Below are positions 9,204 through 18,730 of a DNA stretch of 64,000 nucleotides, piece after piece; position 1 is the first letter of the stretch; each line of letters begins with the position of its first letter. The notes under the pieces are model-generated. The model was not told the DNA's origin and searched no databases. It was given only the letters and a program-made list of their open reading frames with translations. The translations under genes were made by a program, and so were the position numbers. The stretch covers positions 1,093,246-1,157,245 of the forward strand of contig CAVPJX010000001.1 of the NCBI GenBank assembly GCA_963705545.1, read 5' to 3'. This stretch comes from an uncultured Actinomycetes bacterium (GTDB lineage: Bacteria; Actinomycetota; UBA4738; HRBIN12).

Positions 9204-10113
9204 CGGTGGGACGCGGGAACAGGCCCGCGCCCTCGACCACCTTCACCACCAGGTCGTCGCGGCCCATCCCCATCAGGTGGATCCCGGCGACGCCCTCGAT
9301 CCGGCGCACCGCGTTCACGACGCCGATCGTCAGCTCGAGGCCGGCCGCCTCCGCTTCATCACCCGCCGCGTCGAGCGCCCGCAGCAGCTCCGCCGGGATC
9401 CGCACACCGGGCAGGTGCTCCTGCATGGAACGGGCGCCGGCGGCGCTGCGCAACGGGACGAGCCCGACGATCACGCGCGCTCGCTCGAAGACGCCCAGCC
9501 CGCGGATCCGGTCCGCCCACGCGGCGAGAAGTTCCACGTCGTAGGCGATCTGCGTCCAGATCACGTCGGCCCCGGCGTCGAGCTTCGACTCGAGGCGCGC
9601 AGGATCGTACGGATCGGCGAGCGGGAGGTCGGCGACGCCGATCAGGTAGCGAGGAGGCTCGGCCAGCCCCGCCCCGGAGAGCAGGGTGCCCTCGTCTCGC
9701 ATCCGGCGCGCCAGCGCGACGACCTCGTTCACCGTGAGATCGCCGACCGCCACCGCATCGGGATGGTCGCCGACCGCGAGCGGATCGCCCGAGAGGCAGA
9801 GCACGTTGCGCGCACCGAGCGCCCACGCGCCCAACAGGTCCGCGGTGATCGCCAGGCGGTTGCGGTCGCGGCAGGTCAGCTGGACGGTTGGCTCGAGCCC
9901 GGCGTCCGCGACCGCGCGGACGCCGGCGAGGGGCGACATGTGCGCCGAGGCCGTCGGGTTGTCCGTGAGGTTCACGGCGTCCACGTAGCCGACGAGCGCG
10001 CGGGCGTGCGCGGTGACGGGCGACGCGTCGGCCGAGCGCGGCGGCACCACCTCGCTCGTGACGCAGAACTGGCCGGAGGCGAGGAGCGCGGCCAGCCGCC
10101 CGCCGGCGGTCAC
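9193..10113 (-). CDS. metF: methylenetetrahydrofolate reductase
   Basis: MTHFR-like sequence (about 306 aa). Proposed GTG start (complement of 10111-10113) overlaps the folD stop as GTGA. The ORF-track extension to 10989 runs through folD in another frame and is rejected. Confidence 0.8.
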   Translation of the reverse strand: MTAGGRLAALLASGQFCVTSEVVPPRSADASPVTAHARALVGYVDAVNLTDNPTASAHMSPLAGVRAVADAGLEPTVQLTCRDRNRLAITADLLGAWALGARNVLCLSGDPLAVGDHPDAVAVGDLTVNEVVALARRMRDEGTLLSGAGLAEPPRYLIGVADLPLADPYDPARLESKLDAGADVIWTQIAYDVELLAAWADRIRGLGVFERARVIVGLVPLRSAAGARSMQEHLPGVRIPAELLRALDAAGDEAEAAGLELTIGVVNAVRRIEGVAGIHLMGMGRDDLVVKVVEGAGLFPRPTGAW

Positions 10114-10979
10114 CGGCCGCCGTACGCCTGGGTCTCGGCGGCCGACACCGTGTTCACCAGGAGCATCGCGACGGTCATCGGGCCGACGCCGCCCGGGACC
10201 GGCGTGATCAGCCCCGCCACCTCGCTCGCCTCGCCGAAGCGCACGTCGCCGACCAGTCCCTCGTCGGTCCGGTGCATCCCGACGTCGATCACGGTGGCGC
10301 CCGGCTTGATCATGTCCCCGCCGATCAGCTCCGGGACGCCGGCGGCGGCGACCAGGATGTCGGCGCGTCGGGTGTGGTCGGCGAGCCCCTTCGTCTTCAC
10401 GTGACAGATCGTGACGGTGGCGTTCCCACGGATGGAGTCCTGCGCCAGCATGATCGAGAGCGGCGCGCCGACGAGCTCCCCGTAGCCGACGACGACGACC
10501 TCGGCGCCCTGCAGCTCGGTCCCGCTGCGGAGCAGGAGCTCCACGATGCCGTAGGGCGTCGCCGGCGGGAACGTGGGCTCCCCGCGGACCATCATGCCGA
10601 CGTTCGTCGGATGCAGCCCGTCGACGTCCTTGGCCGGATCCATGGTCCGCTGCACCTCCAGCTCGCGCACGTGCGGCGGCATCGGGAGCTGGACGATGAT
10701 CCCGTGGATCTCGGGGTCGCGGTTCAACCGCCGGATCGTGGCGTGCAGCTCTCCCTCGGTCACGTAGGCCGGCATATCCACCTGTTCGGACCGGATCCCG
10801 ACGTCCGCGCAGGCCTTGTGCTTCGAGCCGACGTAGATGCGAGAGGCCTGGTCGTCGCCCACGAGGACGGCGGCCAGGCCGGGGGTCACGCCCCGTTCGG
10901 CGAGCGCGCGTACGCGCTCCGCGACCTCCGAGCGGATCTGCGCGGCGATCGCCTTGCCGTCGAGGATCTGGGCGGTCAC
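10110..10979 (-). CDS. folD: bifunctional methylene-THF dehydrogenase/methenyl-THF cyclohydrolase
   Basis: MTAQILDGKAIAAQIR N-terminus, YVGSKHKAC and VVVVGYGELVGAP motifs, 289 aa. Confidence 0.9.
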   Translation of the reverse strand: MTAQILDGKAIAAQIRSEVAERVRALAERGVTPGLAAVLVGDDQASRIYVGSKHKACADVGIRSEQVDMPAYVTEGELHATIRRLNRDPEIHGIIVQLPMPPHVRELEVQRTMDPAKDVDGLHPTNVGMMVRGEPTFPPATPYGIVELLLRSGTELQGAEVVVVGYGELVGAPLSIMLAQDSIRGNATVTICHVKTKGLADHTRRADILVAAAGVPELIGGDMIKPGATVIDVGMHRTDEGLVGDVRFGEASEVAGLITPVPGGVGPMTVAMLLVNTVSAAETQAYGGR

Positions 10980-11022
10980 GGTGGAGCATCCTATCGGGTG
11001 CGACGCCCCCGGCCGGGCACGC

Positions 11023-12564
11023 TCAGTGGCGGAAGTGCCGGACCCCGGTGAGCACGACCGCCATCCGTCGGGCCTCCGCGGCGGCGAGGACCGCCTCGTC
11101 GCCCTTCGATCCCCCCGGGTGGATCACCGCGGTGCAGCCCGCGTCCGCGGCCACCTCCAGGGCATCGGGGAACGGGAAGAACGCGTCGCTCGCGAGGACG
11201 GCGCCCGCGGCCCGTCCCCCCGCCTTGCGCGTCGCGATCCACGAGGCGTCCACCCGCGACATCTGCCCGGCGCCGATCCCGACGGTGGCGCCGTCCCTCA
11301 CCAGCACGATCGTGTTCGACTTCACGCGCCACGCGATCGTCCAGGCGAGCGCGAGATCCGCCCACTCCCGCTCCGTGGGCTCACGGCTCGACACCACCTT
11401 CCAGTCGTCCCGGGTCTCGGTCACCACGTCCCGGTCCTGGATCAGCGCCCCGCCGGGCAACGGACGCACGTCGGGTCCGGCATCTCGCTGCAGCGGGGCC
11501 CGGACCACGCGGAGGTTGGGCCGCTCCGCGAACGCGGCGAGCGCCTCGTCGTCGAATGCGGGGGCGATCACCACCTCGGTGAAGACATCGCGCATCGCGG
11601 CTGCGGCCGATCCGTCGCACGTCCCGTGGAACGCCACGATCCCGCCGAACGCGCTGACCTCGTCGCACGCGAACGCCGCGGCGTACGACGCCGCAGGCGT
11701 GCCGAGCGCCGCGGCGCCGCACGGGTTGTTGTGTTTGACGATCGCGGCGGAGCCCGCGGGCATCGCCGCGACCAGCTCGGCGGCGGCGAAGGCGTCGAGC
11801 CAGTTGTTGAACGACATGTCCTTGCCCTGCAGGACCTCAGCGCCGCCGAGCGGTCCCGTTCCGGCCACCGCTCGGTAGAGGGCGCCCCGCTGGTGCGGGT
11901 TCTCGCCGTACCGAAGCTCGCCGAGCTTCTCGTAGGCGAGCCCGACGAAGCTGGGGAGCTGCTCCCCCGCCTCTCGCGCGGCGAACCAGCCGGCGACGGC
12001 GGCGTCGTAGGCCGCGGTGTGGGCGAAGGCCTCGGCCGCCAGCGCACGACGCGTCGCGTCGGACAGCCCGCCGTCGCGTCGGAGCTCGTCGACGATCCCC
12101 GCGTAGCGAGTGGGGTCCGTCACGACGCCGACCGACGCGTGGTTCTTCGCGGCCGCGCGGATCATCGCGGGGCCACCGATGTCGATCTGCTCGATCACGT
12201 CGTCGGGTCCCGCGCCGCTCGCGACCGTCTCGCGGAACGGGTACAGGTTCACCACGACCAGGTCGAACGGCTCGATCGCGTGCGTGGCGAGCTCCGCCTC
12301 GTGCTCGGGTCGCCGGCGGTCGGCCAGGATCCCGCCGTGGATCTTCGGATGCAAGGTCTTCACGCGGCCGCCGAGCATCTCGGGCGATCCCGTGACCTCC
12401 TCGACCGAGGTCACCGGCAGGCCCGCGTCGCGGAGGGTCGCGGCGGTGCCCCCCGACGACACGAGCGCCACCCCGAGCTCGTCCAGCGCGCGGGCGAGGC
12501 CGACGACCCCGGCCTTGTCGAAGACGGCCAGCAGCGCCCGCCGCACCGGCCGGACGTCGCTCAT
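11023..12564 (-). CDS. purH: bifunctional AICAR transformylase/IMP cyclohydrolase
   Basis: MSDVRPVRRALLAVFDK start (complement of 12562-12564), MGS-like N-domain and AICARFT C-domain (about 513 aa). The ORF-track N-terminal extension to 13515 is rejected. Confidence 0.9.
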   Translation of the reverse strand: MSDVRPVRRALLAVFDKAGVVGLARALDELGVALVSSGGTAATLRDAGLPVTSVEEVTGSPEMLGGRVKTLHPKIHGGILADRRRPEHEAELATHAIEPFDLVVVNLYPFRETVASGAGPDDVIEQIDIGGPAMIRAAAKNHASVGVVTDPTRYAGIVDELRRDGGLSDATRRALAAEAFAHTAAYDAAVAGWFAAREAGEQLPSFVGLAYEKLGELRYGENPHQRGALYRAVAGTGPLGGAEVLQGKDMSFNNWLDAFAAAELVAAMPAGSAAIVKHNNPCGAAALGTPAASYAAAFACDEVSAFGGIVAFHGTCDGSAAAAMRDVFTEVVIAPAFDDEALAAFAERPNLRVVRAPLQRDAGPDVRPLPGGALIQDRDVVTETRDDWKVVSSREPTEREWADLALAWTIAWRVKSNTIVLVRDGATVGIGAGQMSRVDASWIATRKAGGRAAGAVLASDAFFPFPDALEVAADAGCTAVIHPGGSKGDEAVLAAAEARRMAVVLTGVRHFRH

Positions 12565-13169
12565 GCCGCCCCCTCGTCGATCGTCACCGAACGTCCCTCC
12601 ACGCGGAGCCCGCCGCGCAGCAGCGCTCGGATCGCCGCCGGGAGCAGCCGGTGCTCCACCTCGTGGACCCGGGCCTCCAGGGACTCCCAGTCGTCGTCGT
12701 CGCGGATCGGGATCGCCTCTTGGAGCACGACGGGCCCGGTGTCGACGCCGGCATCGACCAGGAAGACGGTGACGCCGGTGACCTTCGCCCCGTAGGCGAG
12801 CGCGTCGCGGACACCGTGCATCCCGGGGAAGGCCGGCAGGAGCGACGGGTGAACGTTCAACCATCGGCCGGCATAGGCATCGAGTACGGAAGCGCCCAGC
12901 ACGCGCATGTATCCCGCGCTCACGATCACGTCGATGCCGCGATCCCGCAGCAGGGTCGCCACGGCCTCCTCGAAGGCCGCCCGATCCCCGAAGTCCGCCG
13001 GAACGATCACCGCGCCGTCCACCCCGGCGGACGACGCGCGCTCCAACGCGAACACGCCGGGCCGATCCGACAGGACGAGCGCGACGTGCGGGCGGATCTG
13101 CGGGTCGTCGAGCAGCGCCTGCAGGTTCGTCCCCGAGCCGGAGACCAACACCGCGACCCGCTGACCCAT
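12561..13169 (-). CDS. purN: phosphoribosylglycinamide formyltransferase
   Basis: VLVSGSGTNLQALL and NVHPSLLP motifs. Stop overlaps the purH start (ATGA). Confidence 0.9.
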   Translation of the reverse strand: MGQRVAVLVSGSGTNLQALLDDPQIRPHVALVLSDRPGVFALERASSAGVDGAVIVPADFGDRAAFEEAVATLLRDRGIDVIVSAGYMRVLGASVLDAYAGRWLNVHPSLLPAFPGMHGVRDALAYGAKVTGVTVFLVDAGVDTGPVVLQEAIPIRDDDDWESLEARVHEVEHRLLPAAIRALLRGGLRVEGRSVTIDEGAA

Positions 13170-13209
13170 GACGGCGGCATGCTACCGAACCGCCCCCTAA
13201 GCTTGCCCC

Positions 13210-13803
13210 ATGCCGCCCGACGATCGCGTCACGAAGGTCGCCGATCGGTGCGCGTCCCACCCGGGACGCCCCAAGGCCGCCGATTGCGAACGATGCGGCC
13301 GGGCGCTCTGCATCGTCTGCGCCGTGCCGGTACGCGGGGTCGCGTACGGCCCGGAGTGCCTGGATACGGTGCTCGGCGACGACGCGGTGCTCGTCGAAGC
13401 CCCGAAGCCGACGCGGGCCCCGGCGGATCGCGCGGCCGGCGTGGCGCTCGCCGTCGCCCTGATCGCCACCTTCGCGCCGTGGACGCGCTTCGGGACGGGT
13501 TCGGGCTGGTGGCACGGGGCGTGGAGCCCCGACGTTCGGTGGTCGATGCTCGCCGCCGTCGCCGCGGTCGTCGCCGTGGTCGCGTGGGTCGTCGCCGGGC
13601 CGGGGCGCAGGCGCGCGCGGCTGGGTCGACGGGTATGCATGGTGGCGTGCGTGGCCGTCGCGATCGGCTCGCTCTTCGCGTTCCTCAACCCGCCGCCGTT
13701 CACCAAGCCTGCCTCGGCGCCGTGGATCGCGCTCGCGGCGTCCGTGGCAGCGCTCGTCGCGCTCGCGATCGTCCCGCGACGTCCGGATCCCGGCGAGGCC
13801 TGA
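13210..13803 (+). CDS. hypothetical zinc-ribbon plus 4-TM membrane protein
   Basis: N-terminal Cys cluster (CERCGRALCIVCAV...GPEC) followed by four hydrophobic helices. May be a GC shadow ORF, hence low confidence. Confidence 0.35.
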   Translation: MPPDDRVTKVADRCASHPGRPKAADCERCGRALCIVCAVPVRGVAYGPECLDTVLGDDAVLVEAPKPTRAPADRAAGVALAVALIATFAPWTRFGTGSGWWHGAWSPDVRWSMLAAVAAVVAVVAWVVAGPGRRRARLGRRVCMVACVAVAIGSLFAFLNPPPFTKPASAPWIALAASVAALVALAIVPRRPDPGEA

Positions 13804-13925
13804 GGCCTCGAAGCGGCCCGGCTCCCCGGTCGAGTGTTTGACTCGCCCCCGGACGAGGGCTTCAATCGTTCCGGTCGCGACGGTGGTCGTCGCGTCATTC
13901 GCGACGTGCCCCGAAAGGAGCCGGC

Positions 13926-14429
13926 ATGGAGAACAAGCCTGCAGGGGGGTTCGATATCTCGGGCCTGACCACGGCCAGCAAGATCATGCTCGTGAGCGGG
14001 ATCCTCCTGCTGATCGACAGCTTCCTGAGTTGGCAGCGCGTCTGCGTCGATTTCGGCGATTTCGGCGGCGGGTGCGCCGGGGCGAGCGCCTGGGCCGGCA
14101 GCGGGAGCTTCGCCGGCGTGATCATGGGGATCCTGCTGATCGTGCTCGTCATCTGGGAGGTCGTACAGCTCGCCAACATGGCGGGGAACATCCAGATCGG
14201 GATCCCGCCGACGAAGGGGAGCGCCTACCTAGGGTTCGCGGTCGTGGGCTTCGGCGTCCTGAAGTTCATCATCGTGCTGTTCAGCTCGGTCAAGCCGTCG
14301 CTCTTCGGGTGGATCGGACTGGTCCTGCTCGTGATCCTCGGCTACGGCTCGTGGATGAAGTACCAGGAGGTCGAGGCGGGCTCGATGGGCAGCAGCAGCC
14401 CTCCCGGCGACTCCGGATTCAGCGCCTGA
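13926..14429 (+). CDS. hypothetical small integral membrane protein
   Basis: ATG start, 4 TM helices, slightly lower GC than the surroundings, followed by a strong hairpin. Confidence 0.55.
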   Translation: MENKPAGGFDISGLTTASKIMLVSGILLLIDSFLSWQRVCVDFGDFGGGCAGASAWAGSGSFAGVIMGILLIVLVIWEVVQLANMAGNIQIGIPPTKGSAYLGFAVVGFGVLKFIIVLFSSVKPSLFGWIGLVLLVILGYGSWMKYQEVEAGSMGSSSPPGDSGFSA

Positions 14430-14446
14430 ACCGAAGACCCTCGTCC

Positions 14447-14477
14447 GAAGGGCGGCCGCACGCTGCGGCCGCCCTTC
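14447..14477 (+). terminator. 14-bp perfect stem hairpin (gaagggcggccgca-cgc-tgcggccgcccttc)
   Basis: Inverted repeat read directly, 18 nt downstream of the stop at 14429. Confidence 0.45.
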
Positions 14478-14587
14478 GCGCATCCGCGATCCGCGGGCGC
14501 TCCTCGGTCGCGCGGATGCGGCGAGAGGAGCCCGCCGGGCTCGTTCCGGGTAGCCTGTAGACCCCGACGAGCGGAAAGGCGTCGAGC

Positions 14588-15310
14588 GTGAAGAAGTGCC
14601 CCTACTGCGCGGAGATGATCCAGGACGAGGCGATCAAGTGCCGCTACTGCCTCAGCGATCTGACCGTCCCGGCCCCCGGTGCGTCCCCCGGTTCATCCGA
14701 CGCCGACACCGCCGTCGCGGCCGAGACGCAGGAGGGGTCGAGCCCGGCACAGACCGACGCCGGCGCCACCGCCGAACCGGCGAGCGCGACGGAGGTCGCG
14801 TCGGCGCCGAGCGAACCCGTGGCGGCCGAGCCGACGTCGGGCGGAGCGCCCCCGTCCGGATCCGCCACCACCACAGAGGTTCGGTACACCCACTCCGGAT
14901 ACCGGTACGTCCTCGGCTACGGCGACGACTTCTTCGGGATCTGGGACCGTCAATCGCCGTCGGTCGCCGCGGAGCGGTTCCCACGGACCGACGATGGGTG
15001 GCAGCGTGCCTGGACCCGGTTCATCGGTCTCGAGCCGAACCACGTCGCGGTCCCGGCCTCCGGTGGCGGCACCACCTCACCGGTGGACAACGACGTCCTG
15101 CAGTACACGCACTCCGGCCAGCGGTACCTGCTGGGGTACGGCCGGGGCTTCTTCGGGATCTGGGACCGGCAGGCGCCGGCGGTGCCGGTCGAGCGCTTCA
15201 GCCGCGACGACGCCGGATGGGCGGCCGCGTGGCACCGGTACAACCAGCTCGAGACGCACTACACGGAGGTCGGGCTCTCCTCGACCTCCGGCGGCGACGC
15301 CTCGGGCTGA
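14588..15310 (+). CDS. hypothetical protein: N-terminal double zinc ribbon, Ala/Pro/Ser/Thr-rich linker, and two tandem ~60-aa repeats (YTHSG.RY.LGYG..FFGIWDRQ)
   Basis: MKKCPYCAEMIQDEAIKCRYC zinc ribbon. Internal duplicated domain visible in the translation. Stop abuts the sucD stop (tgatca). Confidence 0.6.
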   Translation: MKKCPYCAEMIQDEAIKCRYCLSDLTVPAPGASPGSSDADTAVAAETQEGSSPAQTDAGATAEPASATEVASAPSEPVAAEPTSGGAPPSGSATTTEVRYTHSGYRYVLGYGDDFFGIWDRQSPSVAAERFPRTDDGWQRAWTRFIGLEPNHVAVPASGGGTTSPVDNDVLQYTHSGQRYLLGYGRGFFGIWDRQAPAVPVERFSRDDAGWAAAWHRYNQLETHYTEVGLSSTSGGDASG

Positions 15311-16180
15311 TCAGCGGAGCGCGTCGCGGACCAGCTCGCCTACCTGGGTCGGCGTGCGGCCCACGCGGACGCCGACCGCCTCGAGCGCATCGGCCTTCGC
15401 CGCCGCCGTCCCCACCGAGCCGGTGACGATGGCGCCGGCATGTCCCATGCGCTTGCCGGGTGGCGCCTCGAAGCCCGCGATGTAGCCGACCACCGGCTTC
15501 GAGACGTGGCCGGCGATGTAGGCGGCGGCGCGCTCCTCGTCGTCCCCGCCGATCTCCCCGACCATCACCACGAGATCGGTCGCCGCGTCCTCCTCGAAGC
15601 GCGCGAGCGACTCGACGAACCCGATCCCGTGGACCGGATCGCCGCCCATGCCGACGCACGTCGATTGCCCCAGGCCGAGCTGCGTCAGCTCGTGGACGAT
15701 CTGGTAGACGAGCGTGCCCGAGCGGGAGACGAGCCCGACGCGTCCCGGCGCACAGATCTCGCCGGGGATGATCCCCACGTTGGCCGCGCCCGGCGAGATC
15801 AAGCCTGGACAGTTCGGCCCCACCAGCGTCGTCCCGGTGGCCCGCAGGTAGCTGTGGACGATCGCCATGTCGCGGACGGGGATCCCCTCGGTGATGCAGA
15901 CCACGACGTCGATCCCGGCGTCGGCCGCCTCGAGGACCGCCTCGGCGGCGAACCGCGGCGGCACGAAGACCATCGAGGTGTTCGCTCCGGTCTCCCGGAC
16001 CGCGTCGGCGACCGTGTCGAACACCGGGATCCCCTCGACCGACTCCCCCGCCTTGCCGGGCGTGACCCCGGCGACGACCGCGGTCCCGTAGGCCCGGTTG
16101 CGCACCGTGTGGAACGTCCCCTCGCGCCCGGTGATCCCCTGCACGACGAGGCGCGTCTCGGCTCCGATCAAGATGCTCAT
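15311..16180 (-). CDS. sucD: succinyl-CoA synthetase alpha subunit
   Basis: CoA-binding N-terminus and phospho-His loop MGHAGAIV. Overlaps sucC by 4 nt. Confidence 0.9.
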   Translation of the reverse strand: MSILIGAETRLVVQGITGREGTFHTVRNRAYGTAVVAGVTPGKAGESVEGIPVFDTVADAVRETGANTSMVFVPPRFAAEAVLEAADAGIDVVVCITEGIPVRDMAIVHSYLRATGTTLVGPNCPGLISPGAANVGIIPGEICAPGRVGLVSRSGTLVYQIVHELTQLGLGQSTCVGMGGDPVHGIGFVESLARFEEDAATDLVVMVGEIGGDDEERAAAYIAGHVSKPVVGYIAGFEAPPGKRMGHAGAIVTGSVGTAAAKADALEAVGVRVGRTPTQVGELVRDALR

Positions 16181-17322
16181 ACCGGCCCCCCGGCGGCCAG
16201 CCGCGTCGCCGTCTCCGCGGCCTCGAGCATCGTCGCCGCCGCCACGATCCGCGGATGTGCGGCCTCGGTCAGGATCCGGCGACCCTCCTCGGCGTTCGTC
16301 CCGTCGAGGCGCACGACGATCGGCACGCTCGCCTCGACGCGATCGAGCGCCTCCAGGATGCCCCGCGCCACGAGGTCCCCGCGAGTGATCCCGCCGAAGA
16401 TGTTCACGAAGACGGCCCTCACCGCCGGATCGGAGAGGATGACCTGCAGCGAGGTCGCCATCGTGTCGGCGCTCGCTCCGCCACCGACGTCGAGGAAGTT
16501 CGCCGCCTTGCCGCCCGCCTGCGCGACCACGTCGAGCGTGGACATCACCAACCCCGCCCCGTTGCCGATGATCCCGACGTCGCCGTCGAGCTTCACGTAC
16601 TGGAGGCCCGCCTCCTTCGCGCGCGCCTCGACGGGATCGATCGGGAACGACGCCTTCAACGCCTCCAGGGCCGGTCGGCGCGAGAGCGCGTTGTCGTCGA
16701 TCGTGACCTTCGCATCGAGCGCCACGACGCTCCCGTCCTCGAGCTGCACGAGCGGGTTGACCTCGAGCAGGGTCGCGTCCTGGTCCTCGAGCAGCCCCCA
16801 GAGCCGGCGGAGCACGTCCGACGCGCCATCCCGAGCATCCGGCGGCAAGACGGCGGTCAGCTCGCGGAGGTGGTAGGCCCTCAGGGACAGGAGCGGGTCC
16901 ACGTGGACGCGACGCAGGGCCTCCGGGCGCGTCCGGGCGAGCTCCTCGATGTCCACGCCGCCCTCGGCGGTCATCATCGCCAGGTAGTCCCCGGCGGAGC
17001 GGTCGAGCAGGATCGAGGTGTAGAACTCGCGCGCGATCGGCAGGAGCTCCTCGACGAGCACGCGGGTCACCGGAAGGTCCTTGAAGCCCTCGCTCAGCAT
17101 CCGGTCGGCCTCCGCGGCCGCGCGCTCCGGCGAGTCCACCAGCACCACGCCGCCGCCCTTGCCGCGACCGCCGATCTGGACCTGCACCTTCACCACCGAG
17201 CGGCCGCCGAGCTCGCGCGTGGCGGCGGCCGCCTCGTCCGCGCTCGTCGCGACGATCCCACGCGGCGTGGGGATCCCGGCCGCGCGGAAGAGGTCCTTCC
17301 CCTGGTGCTCGTAGAGGTCCAA
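16177..17322 (-). CDS. sucC: succinyl-CoA synthetase beta subunit (ATP-grasp)
   Basis: [12 protein letters not shown] start, ATP-grasp domain and C-terminal ligase-CoA domain. Confidence 0.9.
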   Translation of the reverse strand: MDLYEHQGKDLFRAAGIPTPRGIVATSADEAAAATRELGGRSVVKVQVQIGGRGKGGGVVLVDSPERAAAEADRMLSEGFKDLPVTRVLVEELLPIAREFYTSILLDRSAGDYLAMMTAEGGVDIEELARTRPEALRRVHVDPLLSLRAYHLRELTAVLPPDARDGASDVLRRLWGLLEDQDATLLEVNPLVQLEDGSVVALDAKVTIDDNALSRRPALEALKASFPIDPVEARAKEAGLQYVKLDGDVGIIGNGAGLVMSTLDVVAQAGGKAANFLDVGGGASADTMATSLQVILSDPAVRAVFVNIFGGITRGDLVARGILEALDRVEASVPIVVRLDGTNAEEGRRILTEAAHPRIVAAATMLEAAETATRLAAGGPV

Positions 17323-17323
17323 C

Positions 17324-17728
17324 TCAGGCGGTCCCGCGCTCGAGGCGGTCGCGGAGCCATGCGGCGATGTCTTGCGTCGAGGCGCCCGGGGTGAAGATCT
17401 TCTCCACGCCCGCCTCCGCGAGCTTCGGGATGTCGCCGGCCGGGATCACGCCGCCACCGAAGACGAGGACGTCGCCCACCCCGCGCTCCTCGAGCTGTTC
17501 GACCACCCGGGGGAACAGGGTCATGTGCGCGCCGGAGTGACAGGAAAGCCCCACCGCGTCGGCGTCCTCTTGGACCACCGCCTCGGCGATCTGCTCGGGC
17601 GTCTGCCGCAGGCCCGTGTAGATCACCTCGAAGCCGGCGTCGCGGAGGGCCCGGGCCACGATCTTCGCGCCCCGGTCGTGCCCGTCGAGCCCGGGTTTCG
17701 CGACGATCACGCGGTACGTCTCGGCCAT
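17324..17728 (-). CDS. methylmalonyl-CoA mutase small (B12-binding) subunit, stand-alone
   Basis: [17 protein letters not shown] cobalamin-binding DxHxxG-type motif. 134 aa. Stop lies 1 nt before the sucC start. Confidence 0.8.
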   Translation of the reverse strand: MAETYRVIVAKPGLDGHDRGAKIVARALRDAGFEVIYTGLRQTPEQIAEAVVQEDADAVGLSCHSGAHMTLFPRVVEQLEERGVGDVLVFGGGVIPAGDIPKLAEAGVEKIFTPGASTQDIAAWLRDRLERGTA

Positions 17729-17832
17729 CGCGCGGCAGTCTAGAAGAAGGCCCCGGTTGCGGCCCGAACGGCCCGCGGGACAAGATGCCGCGTGGACCGA
17801 CCGGAGACGCGTTACGCCAAGACCGCGGACGG

Positions 17833-17963
17833 GGTCTGAGGTGCTGGTCTCCCAGACCGTCAAGGAACTCACCGCAGGGTCCGGCTTGGCGTTCGAAGAC
17901 GCCGGCGAGCATGGGCTCAAGGGCGTCCCGGACCGCTGGCACCTGTATCGGGTGGCGGGCTGA
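17833..17963 (+). pseudogene. C-terminal remnant (about 43 aa) of a class III adenylate/guanylate cyclase
   Basis: [40 protein letters not shown] matches the conserved extreme C-terminus of cyclase homology domains. No upstream cyclase body in frame. Confidence 0.35.
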
Positions 17964-18727
17964 TGGGAAGGCTCGATGGGAAGGTCGCGCTCATCACCGG
18001 CGCCGGGAGCGGCATGGGGCGGGAGGCCGCCCGGGTCTTCGCGAAGGAGGGGGCGGGGATCGCCGCGCTCGATCTGGACGCCTCGTCCCTCGAGGCGACG
18101 GACGCGGCCGTCCGAGCCGCCGACGGAGAGATCGCGACGTTCGTCGCTGACGTCGCGGACGAGGGGCAGGTGCGAGACGCGATCGCGGGGGCCGTCGAGC
18201 GGTTCGGCGCGTTGCACATCCTCTACAACAACGCGGGCGTGCTCTGGCGCGACCGTGACCTCGGCGTCCTCGACACGGACGAGGCCGTGTGGGACCGCGT
18301 GATGGCGATCAACCTCAAGGGCATGGTCTGGGTGTGCAAGCACGGGGTCCCCGAGCTGATCCGCGCGGGGGGTGGCTCGGTCGTGAACGTCGGCTCGGTC
18401 TCGGCGTTGCTCGGCGACACGGTGCCGCAGGACGCCTACACCGCCAGCAAGGGCGCCGTGATCTCGCTCACGCGCTCGCTCGCCGTGCAGTTCGCCCCCC
18501 AGGGCGTCCGCGCGAACTGCATCCACCCGGGGTTCATCGACACGCCGCTGCAGACCGTCCGGACGACCGATGCGGCCTGGGTCGCAGGGGCGAGGGCCGC
18601 GATCCCGCTCGGACGGCTCGGGACGCCGGGCGATGTCGTGAACGCCGCGCTGTTCCTCGCGAGCGATGAATCCTCGTACATCACGGGGGCCGAGCTCGTG
18701 GTCGACGGCGGCACGATGGTCGTGTGA
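17963..18727 (+). CDS. SDR family NAD(P)-dependent oxidoreductase
   Basis: TGAGSGMG Rossmann motif, NNAG motif and YTASK catalytic motif. Confidence 0.85.
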   Translation: MGRLDGKVALITGAGSGMGREAARVFAKEGAGIAALDLDASSLEATDAAVRAADGEIATFVADVADEGQVRDAIAGAVERFGALHILYNNAGVLWRDRDLGVLDTDEAVWDRVMAINLKGMVWVCKHGVPELIRAGGGSVVNVGSVSALLGDTVPQDAYTASKGAVISLTRSLAVQFAPQGVRANCIHPGFIDTPLQTVRTTDAAWVAGARAAIPLGRLGTPGDVVNAALFLASDESSYITGAELVVDGGTMVV

Positions 18728-18730
18728 GCG

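Noticed and set aside
10114-10989. The ORF-track N-terminal extension of metF (598 aa) and of purH (830 aa to 13515)
   Set aside because: The extensions run through folD and purN respectively in other frames and have no homology. Conserved N-termini and 4-nt overlaps fix the real starts.
13170-13330. ZTP (pfl) riboswitch upstream of purN-purH-folD
   Set aside because: The leader contains fragments resembling the consensus (CGUGAC, GGCGG, CCGCC just before the AUG). It lacks the GACUGGCG/CCACCGGG core and the CCGCCUGGGCA pseudoknot partner, so it was not called.
17757-17832. N-terminal 25 codons of ORF 17757-17963
   Set aside because: Only the last ~43 codons resemble a cyclase tail. The upstream part is unrelated low-complexity sequence, so only 17833-17963 is reported as a relic.
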